From an uncultured Methanosarcinaceae archaeon (GTDB lineage: Archaea; Halobacteriota; Methanosarcinia; Methanosarcinales; Methanosarcinaceae), in assembly GCA_963721455.1 (NCBI GenBank), contig CAVRJG010000046.1, positions 26,719 to 90,718 on the forward strand: DNA of 64,000 nucleotides. The letters run 5' to 3'. Numbering within the stretch: the stretch's first letter is position 1; every line of letters starts with the position of its first letter. Below are positions 10,651 to 21,880 of the stretch, one piece after another. The translations under genes and the position numbers were made by a program. The notes beneath the pieces are model-generated. The model was not told where the DNA came from and made no database searches. It saw only the letters and a list, made by a program, of their open reading frames with translations.

Positions 10651-12390
10651 TCAAAACCTGAAGGGTTTGCTTATAGCCTTCACAAAACCTGCAGGGCTTT
10701 CCCCGACTTCCCAGTTTTCCGCATTCCTTATGAGATATGTGTGGTCCGAAACCTGTTCCAGTCCGCCGGCTTCATAGTTTCCTATTATTAGAGAAAAAAT
10801 TCTGGCTTTTCTTTCGGCTTTTATTTCATTCCATTCCCTGATAAGAGGCCTTTCTGAAAGTTCGGATGCCCCATCGGTAAGAAAAAGAAGGTCTGCTCCT
10901 TCAAAGGCTTTTTCATTTTTCATAGCCTTCAGGCCTGCGCGAAGTGCGGTATTGAAATCCGTGCCGCCGCCGAAAGTAAATTTCAGGAATTCCAGAAACT
11001 CCTGGCCCATACGCTTTTTATCCGTAAGTTCAATCTCAAAGGTCTGCCATTTCGAAGAGAAAAGAATTACTTTAACATCTCTGCCTTCTTTCAGCATTCT
11101 TTTTGTAACTGCAAGCAGCACGGATTTTGCCAGGATCTCGGGGCTTCCTCGCATCGACGCCGAGGTGTCCACGAGGGCGACAACAGGCCCTTTTCTCTTC
11201 TTTCCTGAAGTGTCCGAGTTCCAGTTCTTGCCTCTGAGCTGGTATGTCAGGAGTTTTCCTTCCAGCATATCCGCATAGAATTTGAGCTTTAGAAGGGGAT
11301 TTTTCAGCTTTACGGCTTCTACTGGAAGCAGTGTCTGGATATTGCCTGAAAAAGTAACCGAATGCACCTCGCTTTTACCGTATGGCGATAGATTCAGCTT
11401 TTTTGAGCCGTACTCAAGTTCGATTCTTCCAACCTGCTCCAGAATTTCATGAAGGTCGGAACTCTTTCTGAGAATTGCGGCATATTTTTCCAGGTTCCCG
11501 AAGTATTCCCTGTGCAAAGCCCTCAGGGAGTGGTCCCACATTCTGCCTGGAAAGAGCATTGAGAGAATTTCGAGCATTTCGAGGTGGTCTTCGAGGACGG
11601 GAATGAGCTCTTCAATCTTTGCAGCTATTTTCTCTCCGACTGCAGAGTCCAGTGTCTCTCCAGCCTTTTCGGAGGAAATGAACTCAAGGGTCATTGAGGC
11701 CAGTTTTTCAGACCCTGCCGCTTTTCCAGGTTGAAGATCGGGGTTTTTCCTGTTCTCGTCATCAGGGACTTTCAGGGACTTTTCCCGGTTATTCTCTTCA
11801 GTCCCCTGTTTCCGGGGCGTATCCGGTTTTTCCTCCCATTGGGAGCTTTTCTCCATCTGCTGTAATCTGTTCTTTTCCCATACAGCCTTAGTTTCCTTTA
11901 TCAGATCGTTCAGGGCTTTAAGACTTTTTTCCAGGCTTTTAGGGAACTTCTTTGAACATTCTGGGTCTATTTTTTCACAGTCGTCCAGAAGTGTAAAGAG
12001 TTCTTCAAGCAGAGTTCTCAGGAGAAAAACTCCTGCCATGCTGTTGGTTCCGGCAAGAGCTTTTATTTCGGGCCAAACCCTTAAATCCCTCATACTCAGA
12101 AGGATAGGATAAAAAGCTCCGAATTTACTCATAAACAGCTTTTCATCCTTTATTTCATATCCTTTTTCTGAAAAGAGCTCATAAACAAGAATTTCTGCAA
12201 TTTCTTCCCTGAGCTGCCTTGGCACTCTTCGCGGAGTCGCCAGGACTTCCCTAAGTTCGATATTCAATATCGTGGAAGGATTGAAGTCATGGTTGAATGA
12301 TAAAGATGAGGCTGACCCGGGTATGTCTCCAAAATTTTCCGTCCGGTTTTTTAATTCCTGCATATTTTTCCTTTTCCGGAGTTTCTCCAA
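10651..12390 (-). CDS. VWA-domain protein (ViaA-like)
   Basis: MIDAS DTSASM, GGGTDF and LTDG motifs; directly downstream of a RavA-type ATPase. The start may be the ATG at 12363. Confidence 0.85.
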   Translation of the reverse strand: MEKLRKRKNMQELKNRTENFGDIPGSASSLSFNHDFNPSTILNIELREVLATPRRVPRQLREEIAEILVYELFSEKGYEIKDEKLFMSKFGAFYPILLSMRDLRVWPEIKALAGTNSMAGVFLLRTLLEELFTLLDDCEKIDPECSKKFPKSLEKSLKALNDLIKETKAVWEKNRLQQMEKSSQWEEKPDTPRKQGTEENNREKSLKVPDDENRKNPDLQPGKAAGSEKLASMTLEFISSEKAGETLDSAVGEKIAAKIEELIPVLEDHLEMLEILSMLFPGRMWDHSLRALHREYFGNLEKYAAILRKSSDLHEILEQVGRIELEYGSKKLNLSPYGKSEVHSVTFSGNIQTLLPVEAVKLKNPLLKLKFYADMLEGKLLTYQLRGKNWNSDTSGKKRKGPVVALVDTSASMRGSPEILAKSVLLAVTKRMLKEGRDVKVILFSSKWQTFEIELTDKKRMGQEFLEFLKFTFGGGTDFNTALRAGLKAMKNEKAFEGADLLFLTDGASELSERPLIREWNEIKAERKARIFSLIIGNYEAGGLEQVSDHTYLIRNAENWEVGESPAGFVKAISKPFRF

Positions 12391-12450
12391 GCTTTTGAGA
12401 TTTTTTGCTTATTCCAGTTTTTCTTATTTTTCCAGGAATCTCCTTTACCT

Positions 12451-13974
12451 TCAGGCGACTTCTTCTGTTTTTTCAATTGCCACATCAAATACCCTGGGTT
12501 TTTCCAGCAAGAACCGTATTTCATTCAGCTTGCTTGCAATTTCGTAAATATCCGTGTTTTTGGAACGGTATTTTATAAGGATTTCCTGGCTGTCCTGTCC
12601 TGAAACCCAGATATTCTCTCTCAGGGTATTCTCAAGGGCTTTTTCTTCTTCCTGGATTTGCTTTCTGAAATAGTTCAGTCTCTCTTCCAGATTTTCGTAC
12701 TCTTTTTCATATAGCTTTTTATCTCCGTAGTCAAGGCTGATCTTGAACTCAAACCCGTATTTCCTGCGGAACTGTTCGGCCACGGATTCGAAGTCCAGAG
12801 AACTGTTGAGATTGCTGTAATCGAGCCCATAGTTGTAGGTATGGGTTGGGAACTCGGTATGGTGTTTCAGTAGATCAAGGGCGTTGTCAAATGTCAGATT
12901 CCTCTGGGTTTTCATTCCGGAAAACCTTGAGCTTTTCATGCTGCCTGTTGTTTTTCTCTCCTCTTCATAGCACTTATTGCAGGCTACAAGATCCGGAAGT
13001 TCCTGCTGCAGGCAGCTGTATATGGAGTTTTTCAGGTCAAAAACGTCCAGTTTCAGTTTTCCGGTGTCTGTGCCCCCTGAAACAACCCTATCCAGAATGA
13101 GCTTCCTGATTGCTTCCTTCTGTTCCGGCACTTCCCAGAGCACATGCTGGAGCAGAACAGCAGTCATCCTGTTTACGCTTGCATGCCCGTTTACGGCCGA
13201 GGCTACCCTGAGCACGTTTACAATCTTTTTCCAGCGCCTGTCCGAAACGAAAATATTGGAGTTTTTAAGTTCTCTTCTGAGCCCTTTTATAATTGCCCGA
13301 ACCTCAGGATCAACCGGGAGATCTCTTGCTTTCTTCTGGATTTCCCTTATATCTTCTATGTTGAGTTTCGTTGAGGGCACGAAGTCTTCAGTATTTTTGA
13401 AGATCAGGTCTTCAAGGTTCTCTTCGTGCTGGATATAATCCACCCTGTACCTGAAAAGAAAGCGGTCGTAAAGGGCTTCGAGGCTTTCATCTTCTTCGGG
13501 CAGCTCGTTGGAAGCCCCAAAAACGGAGAAAAGAGGTACCTCTATAATTTCCTTGCCGTTGTGGTACTTCCTCTCGTTCAGCACAGTCAGCAGGCTGTTT
13601 AAGATGGAACTGTTTGCCTTGAAAATCTCGTCAAGAAGGGCGATATGGGCAGTCGGCAGGTAGCCATCTATCCGTCTGCTGAATTCGTCCCTCTCAAGTG
13701 CCTTAAGGGAAAGCGGTCCAAACACTTCTTCAGGCGTGGAAAAACGGGTCAGGAGATAATGAAAAAAATTCCCTCCCTCGATAGTTTCGCAGATTTTGCT
13801 TGCAAGCAGGGTTTTTGCAGTTCCTGGCGGGCCCAGCAAGAGGACATGTTCGCCTGAAAGGAGTGCAAGAAGGGATCCATTTATTTCGGCATCCCGTTCT
13901 TTAAAGTAACCTGAAAATTCCTGTTTGATACTGATGATGGTATTTTTTAAATCCAGAACTTTCATAAATTCCAA
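12451..13974 (-). CDS. MoxR/RavA-type AAA+ ATPase
   Basis: Walker A GPPGTAKT, LLTRFSTPEEVFGP, LLDEIFKA, ASNELP, ALYDRF and SDRRW motifs. Confidence 0.9.
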   Translation of the reverse strand: MEFMKVLDLKNTIISIKQEFSGYFKERDAEINGSLLALLSGEHVLLLGPPGTAKTLLASKICETIEGGNFFHYLLTRFSTPEEVFGPLSLKALERDEFSRRIDGYLPTAHIALLDEIFKANSSILNSLLTVLNERKYHNGKEIIEVPLFSVFGASNELPEEDESLEALYDRFLFRYRVDYIQHEENLEDLIFKNTEDFVPSTKLNIEDIREIQKKARDLPVDPEVRAIIKGLRRELKNSNIFVSDRRWKKIVNVLRVASAVNGHASVNRMTAVLLQHVLWEVPEQKEAIRKLILDRVVSGGTDTGKLKLDVFDLKNSIYSCLQQELPDLVACNKCYEEERKTTGSMKSSRFSGMKTQRNLTFDNALDLLKHHTEFPTHTYNYGLDYSNLNSSLDFESVAEQFRRKYGFEFKISLDYGDKKLYEKEYENLEERLNYFRKQIQEEEKALENTLRENIWVSGQDSQEILIKYRSKNTDIYEIASKLNEIRFLLEKPRVFDVAIEKTEEVA

Positions 13975-14403
13975 AACCTTTATAACTTTCTCTTTTCCAG
14001 CATCTCACCTTAATGTATGAGAAAGTATTACAATAATGAGTTGCAATAGGCGGTTAAAATGATATTAAAAATGAACTCATCATTTTTATGGGCCTTGCCT
14101 TAATTAATTTTTCTAAAAAAAAATTCTTGCCACTGATATATCTGCGGATTATGTCTCTTCCTGGTGATATATCTTTCTGCCTTTATATTCTGAAATTCCA
14201 ACCTTTTACCAAATCTCATGCGCTGACCTGGAGTACCCGCATGATTAGAGTTTCTGCCGATTCTGCCTTTTGCTATCCGAAGAAGTTATGCATAAAGAAG
14301 TCAATCACTACTGAGAATGATTTAAACTTCTCTGGACAATAGCTTTTTCGGAGACGAACCGGTAAAATCAGTATTCGAGAAGAATATTCTGGAAGATCTA
14401 TAT

Positions 14404-15147
14404 ATGAATGATTTTGAGCGTGAAAAATACAGCCGGCAGATCCTTCTTTTTGGGGAAGAGGGGCAGGAAAAGCTAAAGAATGCAAAAGTACTGGTTGCCG
14501 GTGCAGGCGGTCTCGGAAGCCCGGTTTCGACATATCTCGCAATAGCCGGGGTAGGAAAAATAATTCTTGCAGATTTCGATTCAGTGGATCTCAGCAATCT
14601 AAACAGGCAGTTTCTCCATCACGAAAAGGATATTGGAAGGGCTAAGGTAGAGTCAGCAAAGGAAAAGCTTCTTTCTATGAACCCCGACATTGAGGTCGAA
14701 ACTATAGGGGAGATGCTTACCGAATCAAATATCGAATCTCTAATTCCTGAATGTGACATTATCGTTGATGCCCTTGATAACCTCGAAACGAGACATGTGC
14801 TTAACAGGCTTGCCATAAAAAGGAGAATTCCTTTAATTCATGGAGCAGTTACCGGGTATGACGGCCAGGTAACAACAATAGTTCCCGGAAAAACCCCATG
14901 TTTTTACTGTATTTTCCCGCGCATTTCCAAAAAAGAAGTTTTTCCTATTTTAGGGGTAACTCCAGGAGTTATCGGTTCCATTCAGGCAAATGAAGCGATT
15001 AAATTCCTGACAGGAAAAGGGAAACTTCTGGAAGGCCGCCTTCTGTTCTGGAATGGACTTTCAGGAAATTTCAGTGAAATTTCACTCTCAAAGTTAAACA
15101 ATTGTCCGGTTTGCGGATATCTGAATGAACGAATTGAAAATAAATGA
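14404..15147 (+). CDS. MoeB/ThiF (E1-like, UbaA) adenylyltransferase
   Basis: YSRQI, GAGGLGS, SNLNRQ, PCFYC and C-terminal CPVC motifs. Confidence 0.92.
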   Translation: MNDFEREKYSRQILLFGEEGQEKLKNAKVLVAGAGGLGSPVSTYLAIAGVGKIILADFDSVDLSNLNRQFLHHEKDIGRAKVESAKEKLLSMNPDIEVETIGEMLTESNIESLIPECDIIVDALDNLETRHVLNRLAIKRRIPLIHGAVTGYDGQVTTIVPGKTPCFYCIFPRISKKEVFPILGVTPGVIGSIQANEAIKFLTGKGKLLEGRLLFWNGLSGNFSEISLSKLNNCPVCGYLNERIENK

Positions 15148-15265
15148 GGACTTTGCCTTTTCTAAGGCAGGGTAAATCTTTGTTTCAATTCCCTGCTGCC
15201 TATTGATCAATTTTTATATATCCTCAGTAATAATATCATATAGGATATTTACAAGAGGAGATTTG

Positions 15266-16207
15266 ATGAAAAGGAAGGCCGGGCAAGTTGAGAAAAAAAG
15301 CAGTGATTGGGAAGACAACTCAGGCTTATGGTCTCATGGATTTCATGATCTTAATTCATCCGCACCTGATTTCTCTTCTGCTCCTATCCCGAACATTCCC
15401 TATTTTGACTTTCGGATCTATCGGGAGTCCGGGGTAAAGTCGCTGATAAAGGTACATAGTAAGGATATTTCTCGGCTGCTTGAGAAAGTTCACTTTGATG
15501 GAAACTACTACAGGGTAAAGTGTGTAAGTTCGGAGGAATGGGAATACTGCTGGGACCTGGCGGTCAGGGTTCAGTTTTTCGGAAAAATGCAGGGCATGAC
15601 TCTTTATCCCAATCGGCTGGTTTCACCGAAAGAAAAAAAGATTGTCTACAGGTCCCTGATCCTGGTTAACCCTTACCAGCTCTGGGATGAAGCTCTTGTA
15701 AGCAGATTCTGGAACTTGCAGGAGAGGGTTGAATTCCTGATAGCCAGAATCCTTTTTCACGAATGTCTTCACGTTATGATCTCGCTTGGAAATATCCTGC
15801 CTTTAAGTTTCGGAAACACTGATACGTTTCTCGAATTCAGGAGGATGCTGGAAGTCTCGAATTCTAAAAAACTTTCCACTTATCTCCACAATGTGCAGTT
15901 TCGCCTCTGGAATCTTGTCCTGTTTGGGGCGCGAGGTTCCGAAAGTGAACAAAAACTGCTCGAAAGGGTTCAGGAGATCTATGAGTTCCTTATTAATGAA
16001 AAATACAGTAACCAGAAAACGGGAGACGTTTTCAATTTTCCTTCGAACAACATGAAAATAGCCCGGAAATATGCATGGATAGCAGCCGTCAGAGCCGGAG
16101 GAAGCGCGCAGGTCAGCAAAAGGGTATGGCAGGTTGAGGTCCGCAGGCTCAGCATAGCACTGAGAGAACTCTATGATGAAATTGATATGCAGTTGAATAA
16201 AGGTTGA
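15266..16207 (+). CDS. Hypothetical protein with HExxH zincin-like motif
   Basis: GAGGAG RBS precedes the ATG at 15266; contains ILFHECLHV. Confidence 0.6.
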   Translation: MKRKAGQVEKKSSDWEDNSGLWSHGFHDLNSSAPDFSSAPIPNIPYFDFRIYRESGVKSLIKVHSKDISRLLEKVHFDGNYYRVKCVSSEEWEYCWDLAVRVQFFGKMQGMTLYPNRLVSPKEKKIVYRSLILVNPYQLWDEALVSRFWNLQERVEFLIARILFHECLHVMISLGNILPLSFGNTDTFLEFRRMLEVSNSKKLSTYLHNVQFRLWNLVLFGARGSESEQKLLERVQEIYEFLINEKYSNQKTGDVFNFPSNNMKIARKYAWIAAVRAGGSAQVSKRVWQVEVRRLSIALRELYDEIDMQLNKG

Positions 16208-16372
16208 ACCGGATAGTCTTCTGATTTTCCCGGGTATTTTCCTTAAATGTTTTTCCTTAATTTTTCAGTTCCTTAAAACGCTTTTTCTTAATTTTCCAGC
16301 CAATACCTCAATCAGTCTTTCTTACTCTTTCCTGCCTTTTCCCTCTGTTATTTTATTGTTTAAAACTGAACC

Positions 16373-16846
16373 TTATTTTTCCAGGATCTGTATGATCTCA
16401 GCGATATCAGGAAGTTCATGCCCAGGATATACTTTGAAGAATATCACTTTCTGTTCCTCGTCGATAATTATGTTCGCCCTTTCAGATACCCCTTCCTTTT
16501 CCCTGAATATTCCATATGCTCTGGCAACCTCCCCATGCGGCCAGAAGTCCGAAAGAAGCCTGATGTGTGTAATTCCCAGTTCCCTGGCCCAGGCCTTTTT
16601 TGATGGTATGGTGTCCACACTTATGCCAAAGGCCACTGTATTTAGTTTGGTGAACAACTCCTGGTTTTCTTCAAGTGAGCTCATCTGCTCTGCACAGATC
16701 TTGGTCCAGGCGAGTGGATGGAATGATAGGAGCACCTTCTTGCCGCTGAAGTCATAGAGATGCACCTCTTTATCCTTGTGGTCTTTTAACCTGAAATCCT
16801 GAATTTTATCCCCTATTTTAATCTCGCTCATGATAAATCTCCCCAT
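16373..16846 (-). CDS. Peroxiredoxin (AhpE/BCP-like)
   Basis: FHPLAWTKIC peroxidatic motif, LLSDFWPHG and SERA. Confidence 0.9.
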   Translation of the reverse strand: MGRFIMSEIKIGDKIQDFRLKDHKDKEVHLYDFSGKKVLLSFHPLAWTKICAEQMSSLEENQELFTKLNTVAFGISVDTIPSKKAWARELGITHIRLLSDFWPHGEVARAYGIFREKEGVSERANIIIDEEQKVIFFKVYPGHELPDIAEIIQILEK

Positions 16847-17189
16847 TTAATAAATTCCTCTTTATTTAATAAATTGTCTGTCTATTAACCTGTTAACATC
16901 TTTGGCAGTATCGAATAACCAATCTGGCAATCATAAAAAAGAATCAAAAATGGTATAAATTGTAAGTCAAATGAGGGGCTGGAAATGAAAATGGTATTAA
17001 CTAACCATATATTTAATAGTATATCCTGGGAATCCTATTTCCTCAATAAAAAACTTTCCTTTCCATATTAGTTTTTTTGTACATTATCTTCTATTTTCCG
17101 GAATACAACTTCTTCAAATCAAATGTTAACCTAAATCCCAGTCATATTTCGTTAACATTTATATCGGATTTGTTACAGACACTCTATTT

Positions 17190-19059
17190 ATGGCAGAAAC
17201 ATCCGTCGCAGATTCTATGGTTATTAAGGAAAACCTGGTGGATTTGTCGTTCCAGAAACATTATCTTCAGCTCGTTTACTTCTGGATGTTTGCAGGTCTG
17301 CTTGTCTCAGGCTCCACAGCTTACCTGGTCTACAAAAGTCCATTTCTCTCAAAGCTGATACTGGACAGTTTTCTGGTCTTTTTTGGGCTCCTGATTGCAG
17401 AAATTGTCATTGTGGTTAAACTCTCTAAAGACATCGACGTTCTGACTCCCCTTCAGGCCAGAGCAATGTATATGTTTTATACGTTTACCACAGGGCTTAC
17501 CCTTTCTGTGATATTTTTTCATGACGTTCCATTTTATGGAGACAAAAATACTCCCGGAATTAGGGGGATAAAACCAAAGAATGGCAGTTCATGGGGTAAA
17601 TCGTTCTGTACCCTGGATATAATTGGAACTTCTCACTTGACACTTGACGTAATCGACATTAATAGTTTGAACAAGAATTATTCTCTATTCATCGAATCTT
17701 TATTCGAAAGACTTAAGACAATAGGTGTAAAAACAGGAACAGCATACCTTGACAAAGAATTTTGTAACAGATCTGTGATTTCAAAATTAGATGAACTTAA
17801 AGTCAATTTTGTTATAGCAGCTAAATCAAATCCGGTTATCAATAGAGAACTTAAAAATCATCAAAAAGAGTGGGGAAATACTTCAACTATTTTTGAATAT
17901 CAATTTAAGCAAGGAGGACCTTCCTTCAATATTGTTGCAATATATGATGATAAAAGGGAAAGGTACATCCTGTTTGCTACAAACAAAGAGGCAGAATCAA
18001 CTGAGAAATTTGAAAAGACAATTCCAGAAGAATACAGAAAAAGATGGAATATAGAAACTGGCTATAGAGTGAAAAACGACTTCAAGATACGAACATGTAC
18101 AAAATCTCCAGTAGCAAGAGTATTGTTCTTTGTTATTCAATGCATCATGTACAATGTTCTAAATATGCTAAAGTCAGTTATTGAAATTACGGCTTATGAG
18201 CTAAAATCATTAATAAATGAAGACATAAACAAAGCTTTTAGATATGGGCTAAAGTCGTTGAATTTTATTCCGGTTAAGGTATTACTGGAATGTTTAAGAT
18301 GGTTTAATGAAGAAAGAAATCGAGTGCTACGCACTCGATTAACTACAATATAAATCACATAGAATAATAATTATTAACTTAATAGCTTATGCTATCAATG
18401 TGCTATAAAATTATTCGATAAGATCCTATTTTTTGAAAAATGTTAGTGGAAGTTATAGCTTAAAAATATTAAACTCTGATTAACAATCCAATATATTTTT
18501 AAAATTAGTAAGTGAAAAGTAAAATGTCTACACAGAAACTTCTATTTACTCCCTCTTTGGGATCTCAGCCTTTACCTTCGGGGCCATGAGCTTTTATGGT
18601 TACACCACAAACACCGACCTGAGCAGAATTGGCAACTTGCTTATGACATTCGTGGTGGGCCTTATCGCAGCTCTGCTCGGCAATTTATTCCTTCAAAGTT
18701 CGAAAATTGATTTAATTATCTCAGTCGTTGGTGTTCTTGTCTTTTCAGGGCTGACGGCGTATGATACCCAGAAGCTAAAAAGGTTGAGCCAGGGAGATCT
18801 TGAAGTACTTGAGGAACTTGGGTTCTCCAATAAAAAGGATAAAAATAAAGAGATGAATAAAAATCAGGTCGATGCAAAACCTGGAGGAAAGGAAAAAACC
18901 GGGGAAAAACCTGAAAAACCAAGGTCTCCGGAACTTATTGCAGCCGGGTCCGCGGCTCATAAAGAACCCATTATTGGAGCCCTGATACTCTACCTGGATT
19001 TCGTAAACCTCTTCCTGTACCTTCTGAGGGCGATGGGGGAAAACAACGATAACGATTGA
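17190..19059 (+). pseudogene. Bax inhibitor-1/YccA family membrane protein interrupted by an insertion at 17520-18525
   Basis: The N-part ends ...GLTLSVIFF at 17519. The frame resumes at 18526 (VYTETSIYSLFGISAFTFGAMSFYGY...LTAYDTQ...GALILYLDFVNLF), and removing the insert restores a contiguous BI-1 protein. Confidence 0.88.
17520..18525 (+). mobile_element. 5'-truncated ISH3/IS4-superfamily IS remnant (DDE transposase C-terminal part, stop at 18353)
   Basis: AT-rich segment encoding HDVPFYG, YLDKEF and YRKRWNIETGYR (YREK-type motif). Confidence 0.8.
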
Positions 19060-19238
19060 ATCCTGAATAAATGAACTAAGTAGCCATGAAAAAGTATAAA
19101 AAACTTTGTTGGGGACTGAAAATCTCGGACCGGGATAAAAGATCAAAATAAAAGTAAAACGGGTTGACAGGCAGATGATATAAGTCTTTAAATGTTCTTG
19201 AAGGGAAAAGTGTTATACTGGAAGGTGACATGGAACTA

Positions 19239-21164
19239 TTATTGCTTTTCTGTGACTGTAAATCTTATAATGAATTCAGTTCCAGAATCTCTTTTTAATT
19301 CAAGTTCACCATCTAGCTGGTTTACCAGTGTGGCTATCAGTTGAAGGCCGAGAGTCTCGGAATTTTGTATATCAAGACTTTCAGGAATACCTACCCCATT
19401 ATCTTTAACTGTCAGGACAAAGCCTGTATTTTTGCAGTCTGCTTTTTCTCTGTCCCCCCTGTCGTTTTTGCATTGCCCGGTTTCTTCCCTGAAGAGCTTT
19501 ATTTGGACGCTCCCTTTCTCTCTACCGGAAAATGCATGTTTGAGGGAGTTTGAAACAAGTTCATTTACGATTATCCCTAACGGGATTGCTGTATCCATAT
19601 CAAAGAAAATACTCTCTTCCATGTTTATTTTCAGGCTGATATCCGAGTCTCCGAGCCTGTTAGTCTGGAAAAGGTTCTCACTAAGTTTCTGAAGGTATGT
19701 TGAAAAGTTTAAGGTATCGGCTTTCCCGCCTCTGTGCAACTCTTCGTGGATGAGAGCCACGGATACTACGCGATTCTGGCTTTCCAGAAAAGACTCAAGG
19801 ATTTCTGAAGTTTGAACGGTTTTTCTGTTTCTGAACCTTTCAGCTTGAAGGTCAAGTAACGACGAGATTACCTGCAGGTTGTTCTTTATCCTGTGATGGA
19901 TTTCTTTTTTGCGGGTAATTTCGGCATTTGCAAGGGTTTCTTCTGCTTCTTTCTTTTCGGTTATGTCGTAAATTGTGCCCTGATATATGTCAGGTTTCCC
20001 GTTACTGCCAGGTATTTTCTGGTAGGTTTCATGAACCCATTTTACTTTCCCATCCTTACGTATTATCCGGAAATCAATTTCTCCGCAGCGAGAGTGTGAA
20101 GAGGTTTGAATATTTTTTTCTTTTTCATAGATACGGGGCAGGTCTTGAGGGTGGATAATCTCTTTCCAGGGGTGTCTGGATATGAACTCTTCTTCGCTAT
20201 ATCCTGTAATCTCTTCAACAGTTCCGTGGAGGAATACAGGAACGAAATTCTCATCCGCCTGGAAAACGATGCCTTTAAAATTCTTTATGAATGAGCGGTA
20301 TTTTTCTTCGCTTTCCTGAAGTTCTTTCTGCGCTTTATTGCGTTCGGTAACATCAAGCACGGCACCTACCAGTCCACTTATCTCACCGTTTGTACTGAAA
20401 CAGGGGGATTTGATAATGATAAATTCTTTTCCGAGGCAGTTTGGGAGGTATCTACTTTTTAATTCGCAACACTGCTCTATCCCATCCCGGTAAACCTGAA
20501 AGTCCAGCTCATTATATTTCTTTATCAGCTCTTGAGGCGCCCGGTGTGTAAGTTCGACATAGACTCTGCCTGTTATTTTCTCTTGAGGGAGGCCTATGAT
20601 TTCCGTTGCAAAAAGCTTATTGCAGCCTGTATATTTTCCTTCCGTATTCTTATAAAAAACAGGCACTGGAATTTCATCAAGCATTTTTTCCTTAAAGTCC
20701 AGGTTTTCCCTCAGGGCTTTTTCAGCCTGCCTGATCTCAGTAATTTCCTGCATAACCGTAACGAGTCCGATAATCTCCCCTCTTTCCCCACTGAGGGTTG
20801 ATTTATTTGTCAGAAAAATTCTTCTTACTCCATCCGCACAGATCCCCTCGATTTCAAGGGTCAGGTTTTCTCCGGAGTTTAGAAGCTGCCGGTTTGCTTT
20901 ATCCCATTCTTCAAAACACCTGAGAATACTCTGCTCGTATCCGGGAAGCTTTCCTTGAAGTTTTTCGATGGCATTGTCTATCACCTCAGGCAGGGTGTGC
21001 CCGATAATTGCTTCTTCAGAAAGGCCTGCAATTTGCCCGGCGAAAGATTTGTTAACGCCAAGGACTACCCCTTTCCTGTCCGTATATACAACAGGGTTTA
21101 GCATGTCACTGAATATTTTAGCTTCATCCCCTGCCAATTTTTCAGCTCCCCTCTCTCCTCTCAT
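19239..21164 (-). CDS. PAS/PAC sensor histidine kinase (HisKA_2/HWE type)
   Basis: Three PAS/PAC repeats, KEIHHRIKNNLQVISSLL, NELVSNSLKHAF, DNGVG and LGLQL. Confidence 0.93.
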   Translation of the reverse strand: MRGERGAEKLAGDEAKIFSDMLNPVVYTDRKGVVLGVNKSFAGQIAGLSEEAIIGHTLPEVIDNAIEKLQGKLPGYEQSILRCFEEWDKANRQLLNSGENLTLEIEGICADGVRRIFLTNKSTLSGERGEIIGLVTVMQEITEIRQAEKALRENLDFKEKMLDEIPVPVFYKNTEGKYTGCNKLFATEIIGLPQEKITGRVYVELTHRAPQELIKKYNELDFQVYRDGIEQCCELKSRYLPNCLGKEFIIIKSPCFSTNGEISGLVGAVLDVTERNKAQKELQESEEKYRSFIKNFKGIVFQADENFVPVFLHGTVEEITGYSEEEFISRHPWKEIIHPQDLPRIYEKEKNIQTSSHSRCGEIDFRIIRKDGKVKWVHETYQKIPGSNGKPDIYQGTIYDITEKKEAEETLANAEITRKKEIHHRIKNNLQVISSLLDLQAERFRNRKTVQTSEILESFLESQNRVVSVALIHEELHRGGKADTLNFSTYLQKLSENLFQTNRLGDSDISLKINMEESIFFDMDTAIPLGIIVNELVSNSLKHAFSGREKGSVQIKLFREETGQCKNDRGDREKADCKNTGFVLTVKDNGVGIPESLDIQNSETLGLQLIATLVNQLDGELELKRDSGTEFIIRFTVTEKQ

Positions 21165-21762
21165 GCCTCTTTTGCCTCTTATTTTTCAAACCTGGATTCT
21201 ACTGGACTTTATGGCTAGACTTTCAGGAATTTGCTGCAGTTTCTTATGTTTGTTATTTTACGTAAATTCTTTTATTAAAAACTTTTTTCAGACGTTTCCC
21301 AAAATAGAGATCCCCCTCACTATTTAAATATTTTTTTATTAAAAATTTTTTATATTACTATTTCAATGTTAATTGTGCCCGACAAAGGGGAATCGCTGGC
21401 TCATACGGCTATCAGTAATAAATTGTGATATTACAGGATTTAAAAATGTATCTTAAAATGGTAGAGACCTAAATAAAATTGAAGGAGGTCTATATACAAT
21501 TAAAAAATCAAAGTTTGAAAATTTTTCTGCCATTATCCTCAAAACCGTTATTTCTTCAAGAAAATAATATAATTCTGCCAGTCAAACCCTGATCCAGGAG
21601 ACCAACAGGTTAAACATTAAGCTGCTTCCGGAGAATATGGAACTAAAAAGCCCTGGTGGAAATTCTGGTAATAGAACTAAGGTCTGTTTCTGTCACAACG
21701 GAGGAAACAGAACGTGTGACAAATACAGACCTTATGCGCCCATTACTCTTTAGCCATAAATA

Positions 21763-21880
21763 ACCCGTAGTAACATTGCTGCTGAAGTTTGCTACAGGAA
21801 GTACTGGTCCTGGTGCTGGAAGAGAAACTATAAATTGCCCGAAGGCAGAAGGATCAACTCCGACTTTCACGCCTTTATAA
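21763..21880 (-). pseudogene. Remnant of a YVTN/PKD surface-protein gene
   Basis: Encodes VKVGVDPSAFGQFIVSLPAPGPVLPVANFSSNVTTGY, homologous to the propeller/PKD junction of the 22803-26417 gene; no intact ORF context. Confidence 0.65.

Noticed and set aside
17190-18353. 387-aa ORF as a novel membrane nuclease family
   Set aside because: It is fully explained as a BI-1 N-terminus joined to an IS remnant.
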